Notes under the pieces: model-generated
The model's database searches: none
What the model saw: the letters and a program-made list of their open reading frames with translations, nothing else
What the model was told of the DNA's origin: nothing
From: Patescibacteria group bacterium
GTDB taxonomy: Bacteria; Patescibacteriota; Microgenomatia; UBA1400; PJMF01
Length of the DNA: 64,000 bases
Reading direction: 5' to 3'
Assembly: GCA_016861205.1 (NCBI GenBank)
Contig: BOKX01000001.1
Span: 136,539 to 200,538 of the forward strand
Shown here: in pieces, positions 41,890 through 50,422 of the stretch
How positions within the stretch are numbered: the first letter of the stretch is position 1
Layout of the letters: every line of letters starts with the position of its first letter
Position numbers and translations under genes: made by a program

Positions 41890-42336
41890 ATGGGAATCAA
41901 TGAGCGAACTACAATCATCGATATCAGGTCTTCAAAATTTGAAGACATACTCACAATGTATCCTGCTGAATCCTTAAAGTTACTGTTTCGTGGTGTTAGA
42001 AATGATGACTCACCATCTGGTGGCAACTGGTGGTCTGAAGATGCCTATTATGCCTTGGGTTGTACTAATGACGACAGGCTTTATGTAACGGCAGTACCTG
42101 TGGGGTTAATCGCTGAACTTCAAGAAACCAACCAATTGACTAACGAGAGTGACCACGAAGGAAACAAATGGCAATTTAGAAGATTCAACTTACCTCACCG
42201 ACAGGTTAATGATGACGAGCTAACGCAATTACTTTCTCAAGCCCGCATAACTAAGTTAGGGGCAACCCGAGCCATAAAAACCAGATTCGGCACTCAAGCA
42301 AGAATTGATTTCTCAAGAGATGTTATATTGAAATGA
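41890..42336 (+). CDS. Hypothetical protein in the low-GC island. It has a weak RES/ART-toxin-like motif (FRGVRNDDSPSGGNWW...YYALG...LIAELQE).
   Basis: 148 aa, AT-rich codon usage unlike its neighbours. The motif resemblance is weak. Confidence 0.45.
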   Translation: MGINERTTIIDIRSSKFEDILTMYPAESLKLLFRGVRNDDSPSGGNWWSEDAYYALGCTNDDRLYVTAVPVGLIAELQETNQLTNESDHEGNKWQFRRFNLPHRQVNDDELTQLLSQARITKLGATRAIKTRFGTQARIDFSRDVILK

Positions 42337-42345
42337 ACTTTGTAT

Positions 42346-42615
42346 TTACTTCTTAGTGAGTTCAAACACCTTCTTCTTGATATTACTGAAAAAGGCAAAG
42401 ATTGGGTTTTTCTTGATGAGAGTATAAAGAATCTCACGTCCCTGACTGTCCCGCATTGCTATTGCATTTCTGACACCATCCTCACCGAGCTTCTGTTGCT
42501 CGTCTATAGCTTTGAGTGCCATCATGATATCAGCACGATTGGCATGAGGTCGTTTGAGTTGTTCTGTCAGTAGTCGCTTATTGAGTGCTAGGTCTTCTTC
42601 AAAGGAAAGTGCCAT
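42346..42615 (-). CDS. Hypothetical protein, 89 aa.
   Basis: ORF in the low-GC segment. Confidence 0.4.
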   Translation of the reverse strand: MALSFEEDLALNKRLLTEQLKRPHANRADIMMALKAIDEQQKLGEDGVRNAIAMRDSQGREILYTLIKKNPIFAFFSNIKKKVFELTKK

Positions 42616-42653
42616 AATTTGACCGCTATTGTATCTTTTTTACCCGAGAAAGC

Positions 42654-42914
42654 CTAGTACATGTACACTAGTCCCATCTTGTTTTCACCACGAGTGGAGT
42701 AATCATCAGAGATGTCTGATTGCGTAACAACCTGAAATGGCTTCCAGCATGATAAAATCACTTCTGTCAGGCGTTCAAAGTCTGTCGCCTTCACTCGACA
42801 CAAACCTTCCAGTCCCCACATCTTTACACCCACGCCGCGAGGAGTAAAATCGCACTCAACCCATGTCAGATGCGTGGGATAGAGAGGTGGTTCATGCCAC
42901 GAGTTGAGGTTCAT
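42654..42914 (-). CDS. Hypothetical protein, 86 aa.
   Basis: ORF only. Confidence 0.35.
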   Translation of the reverse strand: MNLNSWHEPPLYPTHLTWVECDFTPRGVGVKMWGLEGLCRVKATDFERLTEVILSCWKPFQVVTQSDISDDYSTRGENKMGLVYMY

Positions 42915-43592
42915 TCATTTCAAGTTGTTAGCAAGGTACCTGACGAATCGCGTCCCCTGAAGGGAGATGGTTTTTCTGTAGGCAGCAATTGTGAGCTGTA
43001 CGACAGTCCAGAGACAGCACTTAGGTGCGCCAGAGAGTATCAACAAAAAACGCAGCGGGATAATGCAGTGGCTATCACTGTGATCACTGAGCTGGCGACA
43101 CTATCTGACGCTGAGGTGGCGCAGTTGCCCACTGGCTTGGCTTGGGGTAGCGCCATTGATACGCAAACAATTCAATTGGTCGAAGTGGGTCGAACTACTT
43201 TTCAACTGGATGCCAGTCCTCAAACTGTTCAAAGTAGCGAGGAAAATTCAGAATCAGCTAAGATGTTACCAGAAGGCGACTGGAATAGCTCTGAAGTTTT
43301 TCCCACGCTTGAAGAAGCATCATTTTTTGAGTTCCCACGAATAATTGGTAGTGTCGCTACCTTGTATATAGTGGAAACTTTAGTCCGATATGGTTTTACT
43401 CCCGAGCCAGGCAAGATTAAGGCAGCCTATGTCTTTATTTCTGATGATGAAAAGACCAACGTCTATTTAGTCTATTTATTAGGTACTACAGCGTACAGCT
43501 GGTCCGATGTTAATCCAAAGGACTCGGATTACCAAACCATCCTTGAAAAAGAGCGCCAGATTGTGTCACCGGTAATTGGTTTTTATCGTTAA
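42870..43592 (+). CDS. Hypothetical protein, 240 aa.
   Basis: ORF only. It is convergent with the next gene, with a 4-nt overlap. Confidence 0.45.
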   Translation: MRGIERWFMPRVEVHSFQVVSKVPDESRPLKGDGFSVGSNCELYDSPETALRCAREYQQKTQRDNAVAITVITELATLSDAEVAQLPTGLAWGSAIDTQTIQLVEVGRTTFQLDASPQTVQSSEENSESAKMLPEGDWNSSEVFPTLEEASFFEFPRIIGSVATLYIVETLVRYGFTPEPGKIKAAYVFISDDEKTNVYLVYLLGTTAYSWSDVNPKDSDYQTILEKERQIVSPVIGFYR

Positions 43593-44311
43593 GACAAATG
43601 ACTGGTGATGTTCATTGCCAGTGACGAGATAAATGGGATCAGATCGGTCAATTTGGCTCGGTTGTGCTGGTATAGACTGCCCTCCGACCAGTCATCATAG
43701 ATTTCAACGTTATCTAAGTCAGTGATGACCAACCGGTAGCTGCCGTCTGTAGCCAGCACAAAAAAAGTGCTGTCACCTTTAATTCTAATGTGGGCTGAGG
43801 AAATTTCACGCGCGATCAACTCCACTCGCTGCTTAAAGTCCTCCTGCCAAGTTTCGTCAATGATGTCAAAGGTATCACGTACATTTTGGGCGAAGTCAGG
43901 GTCTCTTTGAGTAAGTTGCTGAGTTTGCCTAAGGATATCTTCGCGGAGGTCATTAGTTGACATGACTAGTTTGGTGCCGCCTTCGGTGAGATCGGTCATC
44001 AACAGCCCGCGCTCAGTGTAGCGCAGTGTGGGGACGGTGTACTCGCGTCCATGGGGCAAGCTCATCAGCCGTTGGTGAACAGCCATGGCGTCTTGGATGT
44101 GCTGGGTAGGCTGAGAGTGGGAGTCAAAAGTTTTGTAGGCCAAGTAAAGAGGCGCTTTGTTTTCACCTCGCGATAGTTTAAATCTCCTGACAGAACCCAT
44201 GTGTCCGCCACCGAGTTCAGCGCCTTTTTCCAGAACCAGCTGTAAGGCTTTGGCATCGCCGTCCCCATTTCGAATGGCTTCAACAACTTCGGTCGGTAAG
44301 TTCTCTGGCAT
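43589..44311 (-). CDS. Small protein-kinase-like protein (atypical kinase fold candidate).
   Basis: GGGHMGSV glycine-rich loop (GxGxxGxV). LYLAYK (AxK). VITDLDNV (DLxxN catalytic-loop-like). 240 aa. Confidence 0.45.
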   Translation of the reverse strand: MPENLPTEVVEAIRNGDGDAKALQLVLEKGAELGGGHMGSVRRFKLSRGENKAPLYLAYKTFDSHSQPTQHIQDAMAVHQRLMSLPHGREYTVPTLRYTERGLLMTDLTEGGTKLVMSTNDLREDILRQTQQLTQRDPDFAQNVRDTFDIIDETWQEDFKQRVELIAREISSAHIRIKGDSTFFVLATDGSYRLVITDLDNVEIYDDWSEGSLYQHNRAKLTDLIPFISSLAMNITSHLS

Positions 44312-44420
44312 AGGTTGAGTGTAAACCGCCCTAGGGCAGTTGTCACGTCAGTAACAGGTAAGTTTTTTGGACAGTGATTGACGGCTACCAAAACAGGAAT
44401 AGAATCGGTTTCAATACTAG

Positions 44421-44915
44421 GTGTACATACAGAAAGCATCTATGGTATCTCCTGAATTTGGTATTGAGGACACAGCTCCTGAAAGCCCGGTCTCTTCTAC
44501 GCAGTTACTTTCTTTGATCGCAACAGAGGTGGTCACCGAGGCGGAGGCCCAGGACCACGATGAAGAACCTCTCTTTGATCGAGGTGAAGAATGGCCATCT
44601 TTTGATGAAACACCCTTGTTTGTAATTCCCCGGTGGATAGATGCTTTTCTGACTGTAGGTGCTATCGTGTCATACCTCAATCGGGCCTTTAATTTCAGAG
44701 CAGCCAGCGGAGTTAACAAGGCCGCATTCCTGATTTTCGAAAGTAACGATGGGCCACAACTGAGACACATTACTTTATGTGGTTCTCAGAATATTATGTA
44801 CCACATTCTTGCGCCCAGTGACCCAACTTGGAAGGAAGTCTTAAAGAAAGAACAACAGCTACCTGATCAACAAGCGACTTCTGGTTCTGAAGCCGGGTTA
44901 GAATATCAAACGTAA
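44421..44915 (+). CDS. Hypothetical acidic protein, 164 aa.
   Basis: ORF only. Confidence 0.4.
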   Translation: MYIQKASMVSPEFGIEDTAPESPVSSTQLLSLIATEVVTEAEAQDHDEEPLFDRGEEWPSFDETPLFVIPRWIDAFLTVGAIVSYLNRAFNFRAASGVNKAAFLIFESNDGPQLRHITLCGSQNIMYHILAPSDPTWKEVLKKEQQLPDQQATSGSEAGLEYQT

Positions 44916-44930
44916 GACGTTTTAGACGTC

Positions 44931-45824
44931 TCAAAGTGACTGCAAAACTATCAGCTGTTTCCCGTCGCCTTCAATTTGTGAGTCTCGGTTACTGTCTGTG
45001 TCGAGCAGAAGCCATGGAGCGTGTTGCTCAGCAAACTGAGTGAAGCCGGGATACTTTCGATCAAACAAGAGTTTGCGAACTGGAATATTCAAAATTTGCG
45101 CGGTCAAAAGCTCTAAAGTACAACCGAGTGACGCGGCAAAATCAGGAAACATCACCATCCCAGCCAACGGGTTCACTTGGCACTGGTAATCTGCCAGAAA
45201 GTCTCGATACAGCTGGCTTAAGTGCAAGTAAACTTGGAGTCGTTCTTCTCGAGATTGGGCGAAGTTACTAAAGCAAGCACCGTCAAAAGCGTTGTCAGCT
45301 AAGTAGCTTAGGAACGTTTGGGCATCGCTAGGTTTGAGGCCACCATTATAGAGCAGCCAAAACAAGTTAAAGTGAATTTCATCAAAAGTCGGTCGAGGTG
45401 CAATGCGCGGTGGCAAGGTCACTTCTGGCGCACCGAAGACGGGAAAAGTGTGCGCGACTACCGCATCAGCATACTGGGCATTGGTCCGGATGCTTTGCAT
45501 GGCCAAGTCATGAGGGCTGAGGTCTGGTTGCTGTTGGCGAACATACTCGCGTGCGCCGCCGCCTGTCATGGGCAGACTGAGATAGACAGTTGAGCGAGGG
45601 TTTTCGCCAAAGCCTGTAAAGGTGCGAGTGTAGACGTCGAGCAAAGTTTCACCTGGTTCTGTCGTCGGAAATACCGTCACAATGGGGTGTTCTGGTGCTG
45701 TCATGCCAGGCATTGTACGCAGGTCACAAGGGGATGTACAGCCACAGCTGCTGTAGGATGAGCTAGTAAGTGCGAGTTTCGATTCGCCTTTCCTTCGTGC
45801 TAGCATGGGGCATGTACCAAACAA
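44931..45824 (-). CDS. Hypothetical protein, about 260-297 aa.
   Basis: ORF only. Start uncertain. Confidence 0.45.
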   Translation of the reverse strand: MFGTCPMLARRKGESKLALTSSSYSSCGCTSPCDLRTMPGMTAPEHPIVTVFPTTEPGETLLDVYTRTFTGFGENPRSTVYLSLPMTGGGAREYVRQQQPDLSPHDLAMQSIRTNAQYADAVVAHTFPVFGAPEVTLPPRIAPRPTFDEIHFNLFWLLYNGGLKPSDAQTFLSYLADNAFDGACFSNFAQSREERLQVYLHLSQLYRDFLADYQCQVNPLAGMVMFPDFAASLGCTLELLTAQILNIPVRKLLFDRKYPGFTQFAEQHAPWLLLDTDSNRDSQIEGDGKQLIVLQSL

Positions 45825-46057
45825 TTAGCGAAGGTATCGCGGTGCTCGGTAGCTACCGAGCGGGTCACTTTAAACCACTCCGATTTGCGTGGCGGCAGCG
45901 GACCTACCACATCGAAGAGATTACCTTGGTCAGCGAGAGTCGCAATGGTGGTGTGCGAGGTCGCACCTACAGTGTGTTAGTGAAAGGTACGGTGTATCGA
46001 CTGTTTTTTAACCGAGATACTGAGGAGTGGCGACTGGAGGAGGTGTGGTGTGAGTAG
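45812..46057 (+). CDS. Small protein (about 81 aa) translationally coupled to the downstream Y-family polymerase. It may be a polymerase accessory factor of the YolD/UmuD-functional-analogue type.
   Basis: Its stop TAG overlaps the GTG start of the polymerase ORF (GTGAGTAG). Start taken at MYQTISEG. Confidence 0.4.
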   Translation: MYQTISEGIAVLGSYRAGHFKPLRFAWRQRTYHIEEITLVSESRNGGVRGRTYSVLVKGTVYRLFFNRDTEEWRLEEVWCE

Positions 46058-47366
46058 CTTTGTGACTCGGCCAGTTTCCGCTCAATCATCGCCGAGCGCT
46101 CCAGCCTCTACTGAGCGCCCCATGCGCTGGGCGCACGTTGACATCAACTCGTACTTTGCCACCTTGCTGCAACAAGAAAATCCAGCTCTGCGCGGTAAAC
46201 CAGTGGGCGTGGTCAAAGATGTTGGTCGGACTTGTGTCATTGCTGCTTCGAAGGAAGCTAAAAAGCTGGGAATTCCCACGGGGTGTGGCTTGCGGGAGGC
46301 CCGCCAGAAAGCCCCCAACTTAATAGTCGTACCCGCGGCTTTTGACATGTACTTGTCGGCCACTCGACGGTTGTGTCAGATTTTTGCCAACTTATCGCCC
46401 GAGGTTCATGTTTTTTCGCTCGATGAGGCATTTATCAATCTAACTGGTTGCGAACGCCTCTACCCCACTGGTCAAGTTTTTGGGGAACTTGTGCAACAGC
46501 AAATCAAGGCTGAGCTGGGTGAGTGGGTGACGTGTAACGTGGGGTTGAGTCACACCCGGCTGCTAGCCAAGATGGCTGGTGAAATGGCCCCCAAGGGGAG
46601 CATTGTGGAGATCACTGAAGACAACAAAATCGAGTGGCTGGCGCGAGCGACTTTTGATCAGGTATGTGGGGTGGGTTTTCGGTTGGCGGCCAAACTGGAG
46701 CGCATTGGAGTAACACATCCTTGGCAGATTAACTTTGTGCCCGATGCAGACTTGGAAAAGTTGGTGGGACCATTTTGGGCGAGTGAACTGCGCAAAATTG
46801 GCCAGGGTGAAGAAACCCACTTTTTTACCCATCCGCCCAGTAAACCATATATGCAGTCGGTGGGTCGGTCACTAACTGGCTATCGGCTGTGTGATGATGA
46901 GCGGGTCATCCAGCGGGTGATGTACAACTTAATCATGGAAGTGATGCACAAAGTGCGCAAACTCAACTTGGCTGGTTATCGAGTCAGCTTGGGCTTGCGA
47001 GGTGGTCGAAGTGGCGATCCGCAGTATTGGTATCAAGAGCTACGCGTTGGTGAACCTATCAGGCGAGCTGAAGTTATGTTCGACCTGCTTTATCACCGCT
47101 TGTATCGATCTTGGCGGCGAACGTTCCCGATCATCAAGATCAGCGTTAGACTCAGCGACCTACACCCCTGGGAGACAACGCAGCCAGTGTTGTGGCCAGA
47201 ATGGCACCAGCGGGAGCGAGTGGCCACGGCGCTGGATAAGCTAACTGCTCGGTACGGTTTGTTTACTGTTCGGCCAGGTACATTATTAACGAAGCACCTG
47301 ATTCAGCCAGAAGTCACAGGCTATTTAGGTGATAAAAATTACCAGCTTGATAGCCGGTGGCAGTAA
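46050..47366 (+). CDS. Y-family (DinB/UmuC-type) translesion DNA polymerase.
   Basis: MRWAHVDINSYFATL holds the first catalytic Asp. FSLDEAFINLT gives the D/E pair. GVGFRLAAKL is HhH. Little-finger region. A GTG start at 46050, or an ATG at 46122. Confidence 0.8.
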   Translation: MSSFVTRPVSAQSSPSAPASTERPMRWAHVDINSYFATLLQQENPALRGKPVGVVKDVGRTCVIAASKEAKKLGIPTGCGLREARQKAPNLIVVPAAFDMYLSATRRLCQIFANLSPEVHVFSLDEAFINLTGCERLYPTGQVFGELVQQQIKAELGEWVTCNVGLSHTRLLAKMAGEMAPKGSIVEITEDNKIEWLARATFDQVCGVGFRLAAKLERIGVTHPWQINFVPDADLEKLVGPFWASELRKIGQGEETHFFTHPPSKPYMQSVGRSLTGYRLCDDERVIQRVMYNLIMEVMHKVRKLNLAGYRVSLGLRGGRSGDPQYWYQELRVGEPIRRAEVMFDLLYHRLYRSWRRTFPIIKISVRLSDLHPWETTQPVLWPEWHQRERVATALDKLTARYGLFTVRPGTLLTKHLIQPEVTGYLGDKNYQLDSRWQ

Positions 47367-47385
47367 CCAGTACAATCAATCTCTT

Positions 47386-48582
47386 ATGTCTCAGAGCCCT
47401 GCCCGCAAACCAAATATCTATGTTTTGATGTTGGTGATGATTGTGAATGCCTTAGCGTATGGCATTATTATTCCGCTGCTCTATCCCTATGCTGAGCGGT
47501 TTGGGATTACGGCGGTTGGTTTGAGTTTCTTGTTTGCCTCGTTCTCACTAGCACAGTTGATTGCAACCCCGATTCTGGGTCGGTTATCGGACAAGTATGG
47601 TCGTAAGCCGGTATTGCTGGTGTGTTTGGTGGGAACTGGTTTGTCACTGGCCATGTTCGCATCAGCCAAAAGCCTGGCTGTTTTATTTATTGCTCGCATG
47701 ATTGATGGTGTGACCGGTGGCAATAACTCAGTGGCCCAAGCTATGGTGGCCGACTCCACTACTGGTCCAGAGCGAGCTAAAGCGTTTGGTATGTTGGGAG
47801 CGGCCTTTGGGTTTGGTTTCTTGTTTGGCCCGGCGCTCGGTGGTTTTCTCAGTCAATATGGTTTGACCTTGCCGTTTTGGGCTGCGGCGGTATTAGCGAT
47901 GGTAGCTGCAGGCTTAGGATTTTTCTTCTTGCCCGAAACCCTGACCAAAGCTCACGCCCGAGAGGCGAAGCACGAGTCGCTGTTTACTCTGGAGTCACTG
48001 AAGCAGGCGTTGGTAGTGGGTCCGACAGCGATTGTGTTATGGGTGAGTTTCATTGTGTATATGGCACTGAATGCTTTCATCTTAGGTTTCCAAACCTTTA
48101 CCGTTGATGTGCTGCAAATGAGCTCGCGTGATATTGGTTTGCTGTTTACCGCCTTTGGGTTGGTCAGCATGCTGATGCAAATGGGTGGTATTAAGTACTT
48201 GCTGCAAATTCTGAAGTCCAAGAAAGTGGCTTTGAGCTTAACTTTGGTGGTTGCAGCGGTAGCGATGTGGCTGGTGTCAGGAACTACGACGGTGCTGTTA
48301 TTTGGCATCCTTCTGGTGCCATTCATGATTGCCAGTGCGCCCCACTATCCGATGTTGTCGGCGCTGATTTCTGAGCGCTCTCGGGCTGAAGACCAAGGGG
48401 GAATTTTAGGCATCAACCAAGCCGTGATGTCACTGGGGCAAATTGCTGGGCCGCTGGTGGCTGGGCAAGTGATCACCCGCTCAGTGCCTTTGGCCTTTGT
48501 GATCGCCGGTGGCCTCTACGCAGTGGCAGCATTGTTAACTATCCCGATGTATCGCCCAGTCAAACACAAAGCTGATTTGTAG
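47386..48582 (+). CDS. MFS transporter.
   Basis: Twelve TM helices. GRLSDKYGRKP is MFS motif A. Confidence 0.8.
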   Translation: MSQSPARKPNIYVLMLVMIVNALAYGIIIPLLYPYAERFGITAVGLSFLFASFSLAQLIATPILGRLSDKYGRKPVLLVCLVGTGLSLAMFASAKSLAVLFIARMIDGVTGGNNSVAQAMVADSTTGPERAKAFGMLGAAFGFGFLFGPALGGFLSQYGLTLPFWAAAVLAMVAAGLGFFFLPETLTKAHAREAKHESLFTLESLKQALVVGPTAIVLWVSFIVYMALNAFILGFQTFTVDVLQMSSRDIGLLFTAFGLVSMLMQMGGIKYLLQILKSKKVALSLTLVVAAVAMWLVSGTTTVLLFGILLVPFMIASAPHYPMLSALISERSRAEDQGGILGINQAVMSLGQIAGPLVAGQVITRSVPLAFVIAGGLYAVAALLTIPMYRPVKHKADL

Positions 48583-48638
48583 TTTTACAACTCACGCTAT
48601 CCGACTTGAGAGCCACAGCTGCATGATAGAATCGCCCC

Positions 48639-49118
48639 ATGCCAAAACCTGTTGACGTTTTGTTTAACGCCAGTACCTCGAAAGCAGATTTGATTCAAGC
48701 GTGGCAGCAGATGCCGGCTGATGAGTTGTATCGAGTGTGGGTGAGTATGATTTTCGATCCAACAGGCTACTACGAGACACGCAATGAATGGCAAGAAGCC
48801 AAACTGAAGGAACAGGCCGATAGAACAAGAGAAGTTCTGGAGTATATCCATGAGCACTCGGAGTTATTTCCGTCACTATCGCATATTCAGCTCGAAGTAT
48901 TTGAGTCGATGGGTAGCATTCACACAACCTTGAAAGCGAGTGAGTGTTTGATATTGCTGGCTTTGACGCAGGTAACTGGCGTTGGTCGTATTCAAGTGAT
49001 TAATCGAGAGACACCACCAAGTCGGCCGAGTAATACTGAGTCAGCTGCTTCGGATGGAACCGCGATTTCAGACTCCGGTGAGCCAATCACGCCCCTCGGG
49101 CCAGTGGTCTATCTGTAA
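48639..49118 (+). CDS. Hypothetical protein, 159 aa.
   Basis: ORF only. Confidence 0.4.
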   Translation: MPKPVDVLFNASTSKADLIQAWQQMPADELYRVWVSMIFDPTGYYETRNEWQEAKLKEQADRTREVLEYIHEHSELFPSLSHIQLEVFESMGSIHTTLKASECLILLALTQVTGVGRIQVINRETPPSRPSNTESAASDGTAISDSGEPITPLGPVVYL

Positions 49119-49174
49119 CGTGAGTTGCGACTTGGTAATCTCGACCGGAATGATAAAATGAAGATCGTCACCGC

Positions 49175-49246
49175 GCGGGTGTAGCTCAACGGCTAGAGCT
49201 CCAGTTTTCCAAACTGGCGACGAGGGTTCGATTCCCTTCACCCGCT
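49175..49246 (+). tRNA. tRNA-Gly (anticodon TCC).
   Basis: Acceptor GCGGGTG/CACCCGC-T. Anticodon arm CCAGT-TTTCCAA-ACTGG. T arm GAGGG-TTCGATT-CCCTT. Confidence 0.85.
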
Positions 49247-49271
49247 CCCCAAAAAGAATCTCGTCCAAAGT

Positions 49272-49925
49272 ATGAACAAACTTGACCTCCTTGTAGAATT
49301 TGATCGTCAACTACAAAACTTGATTGACAAGGGATATCCACAGCTTACTCAACTGAGCGAAGCAGTATTTCGAGACACAGTTAATCCCTTACGCCGCACG
49401 TTAGAAACACTAGAGTTACCTGAGGTTGATCTAGAACAGGGTAAGTTGCCGTTCGTAATCGTTGTAAAAAGTGATTTTGTTCCAGCGGAACAAATGATGG
49501 AGCGTGTTCAGAAAGATGGTAAAAATGGTGTCACTATTTTGCGTCCACATACGTCAACATCATTCCAGGTGATAGGTGACGTGAAAATTCCTGATGGTAA
49601 TGCCTACCTTTTGGTTGATATTGATAGAGGCAAGGAAAGCATCAATATGCCACCAGCGGAAGCAATGCAACACATTAAGAATGCTAACCGATCCCCTCTG
49701 ACTATCGACGAAGGCATAGCGATAGTCACTCACTATCCACAGTTTTTGATGAAGAATAACTGCTTTTCACTATTGGCTTCCAGAACAGGCTCGGACCAGC
49801 GAGTGCCAGCGATTTGGATTAATGGCAAAAAAGAGCCAAACCTGGGCTGGTGCTGGGATGGCAATCCCCACACTTGGTTGGGTTCGGCTTCAGGTGGTCG
49901 TAGACTACCCCTCAACTTCGACTGA
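49272..49925 (+). CDS. Hypothetical protein, 217 aa.
   Basis: ORF only. Confidence 0.45.
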   Translation: MNKLDLLVEFDRQLQNLIDKGYPQLTQLSEAVFRDTVNPLRRTLETLELPEVDLEQGKLPFVIVVKSDFVPAEQMMERVQKDGKNGVTILRPHTSTSFQVIGDVKIPDGNAYLLVDIDRGKESINMPPAEAMQHIKNANRSPLTIDEGIAIVTHYPQFLMKNNCFSLLASRTGSDQRVPAIWINGKKEPNLGWCWDGNPHTWLGSASGGRRLPLNFD

Positions 49926-50285
49926 AAACCCGCCGTAGGCCATTTGGTTGACGTCAAAAGGCATGCTCATATCTTTGGTCTCGTCATACTTCTCAGCCAT
50001 TTCTTTCATGACGTTGGCATTGACCTCATCACGATGAGCTTTGGACTTGAAAACAATGAATGAAAACCAGACGCTGTCGTTCTCACCAGCGTTGGCGAGC
50101 TTCACGAAGCTGAGTGGCTTCATACCGCCCATTTCCTTGGTTTCGAGGTCATTGCCCATACACTCGTAGTAGGCTAAGGCACCGTGGCGCATCCAGGTCT
50201 CTTTACCCTCAGCGGCCATTTTTTTGTAGTCTTCGACTTTGTCTTTGGGAACCACTAAGACGAAACCGTCAACGTATTTGGACAT
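49905..50285 (-). CDS. DUF1428-family protein.
   Basis: MSKYVDGFVLVVPKDKVEDYKKMA, typical of the DUF1428 N-terminus. 126 aa. Confidence 0.5.
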   Translation of the reverse strand: MSKYVDGFVLVVPKDKVEDYKKMAAEGKETWMRHGALAYYECMGNDLETKEMGGMKPLSFVKLANAGENDSVWFSFIVFKSKAHRDEVNANVMKEMAEKYDETKDMSMPFDVNQMAYGGFSVEVEG

Positions 50286-50422
50286 AAAGCCTCCTGACTG
50301 TGGGCTAGTGGTAAGTTGTAATATAGATTACTAAATATCAGCCAGATTAACAACCGCAATTGGGAGCCAAAAAATGACAAAGAGTGGCCTTTTACCCGAC
50401 CAATCAGGTATACTGACAGGAC

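Larger units (their letters stand above)
40075..45824. mobile_element. Putative integrated element or genomic island anchored at tRNA-Pro. It comprises the serine recombinase plus about 4 kb of low-GC cargo made of unknown genes. The right boundary is not determined and may extend through the Y-family polymerase cassette to tRNA-Gly at 49175.
   Basis: A recombinase abuts and overlaps the tRNA. GC drops around 41.7-42.7 kb. The cargo is entirely hypothetical, with mixed strands. I could not find an att direct repeat by eye. Confidence 0.4.
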
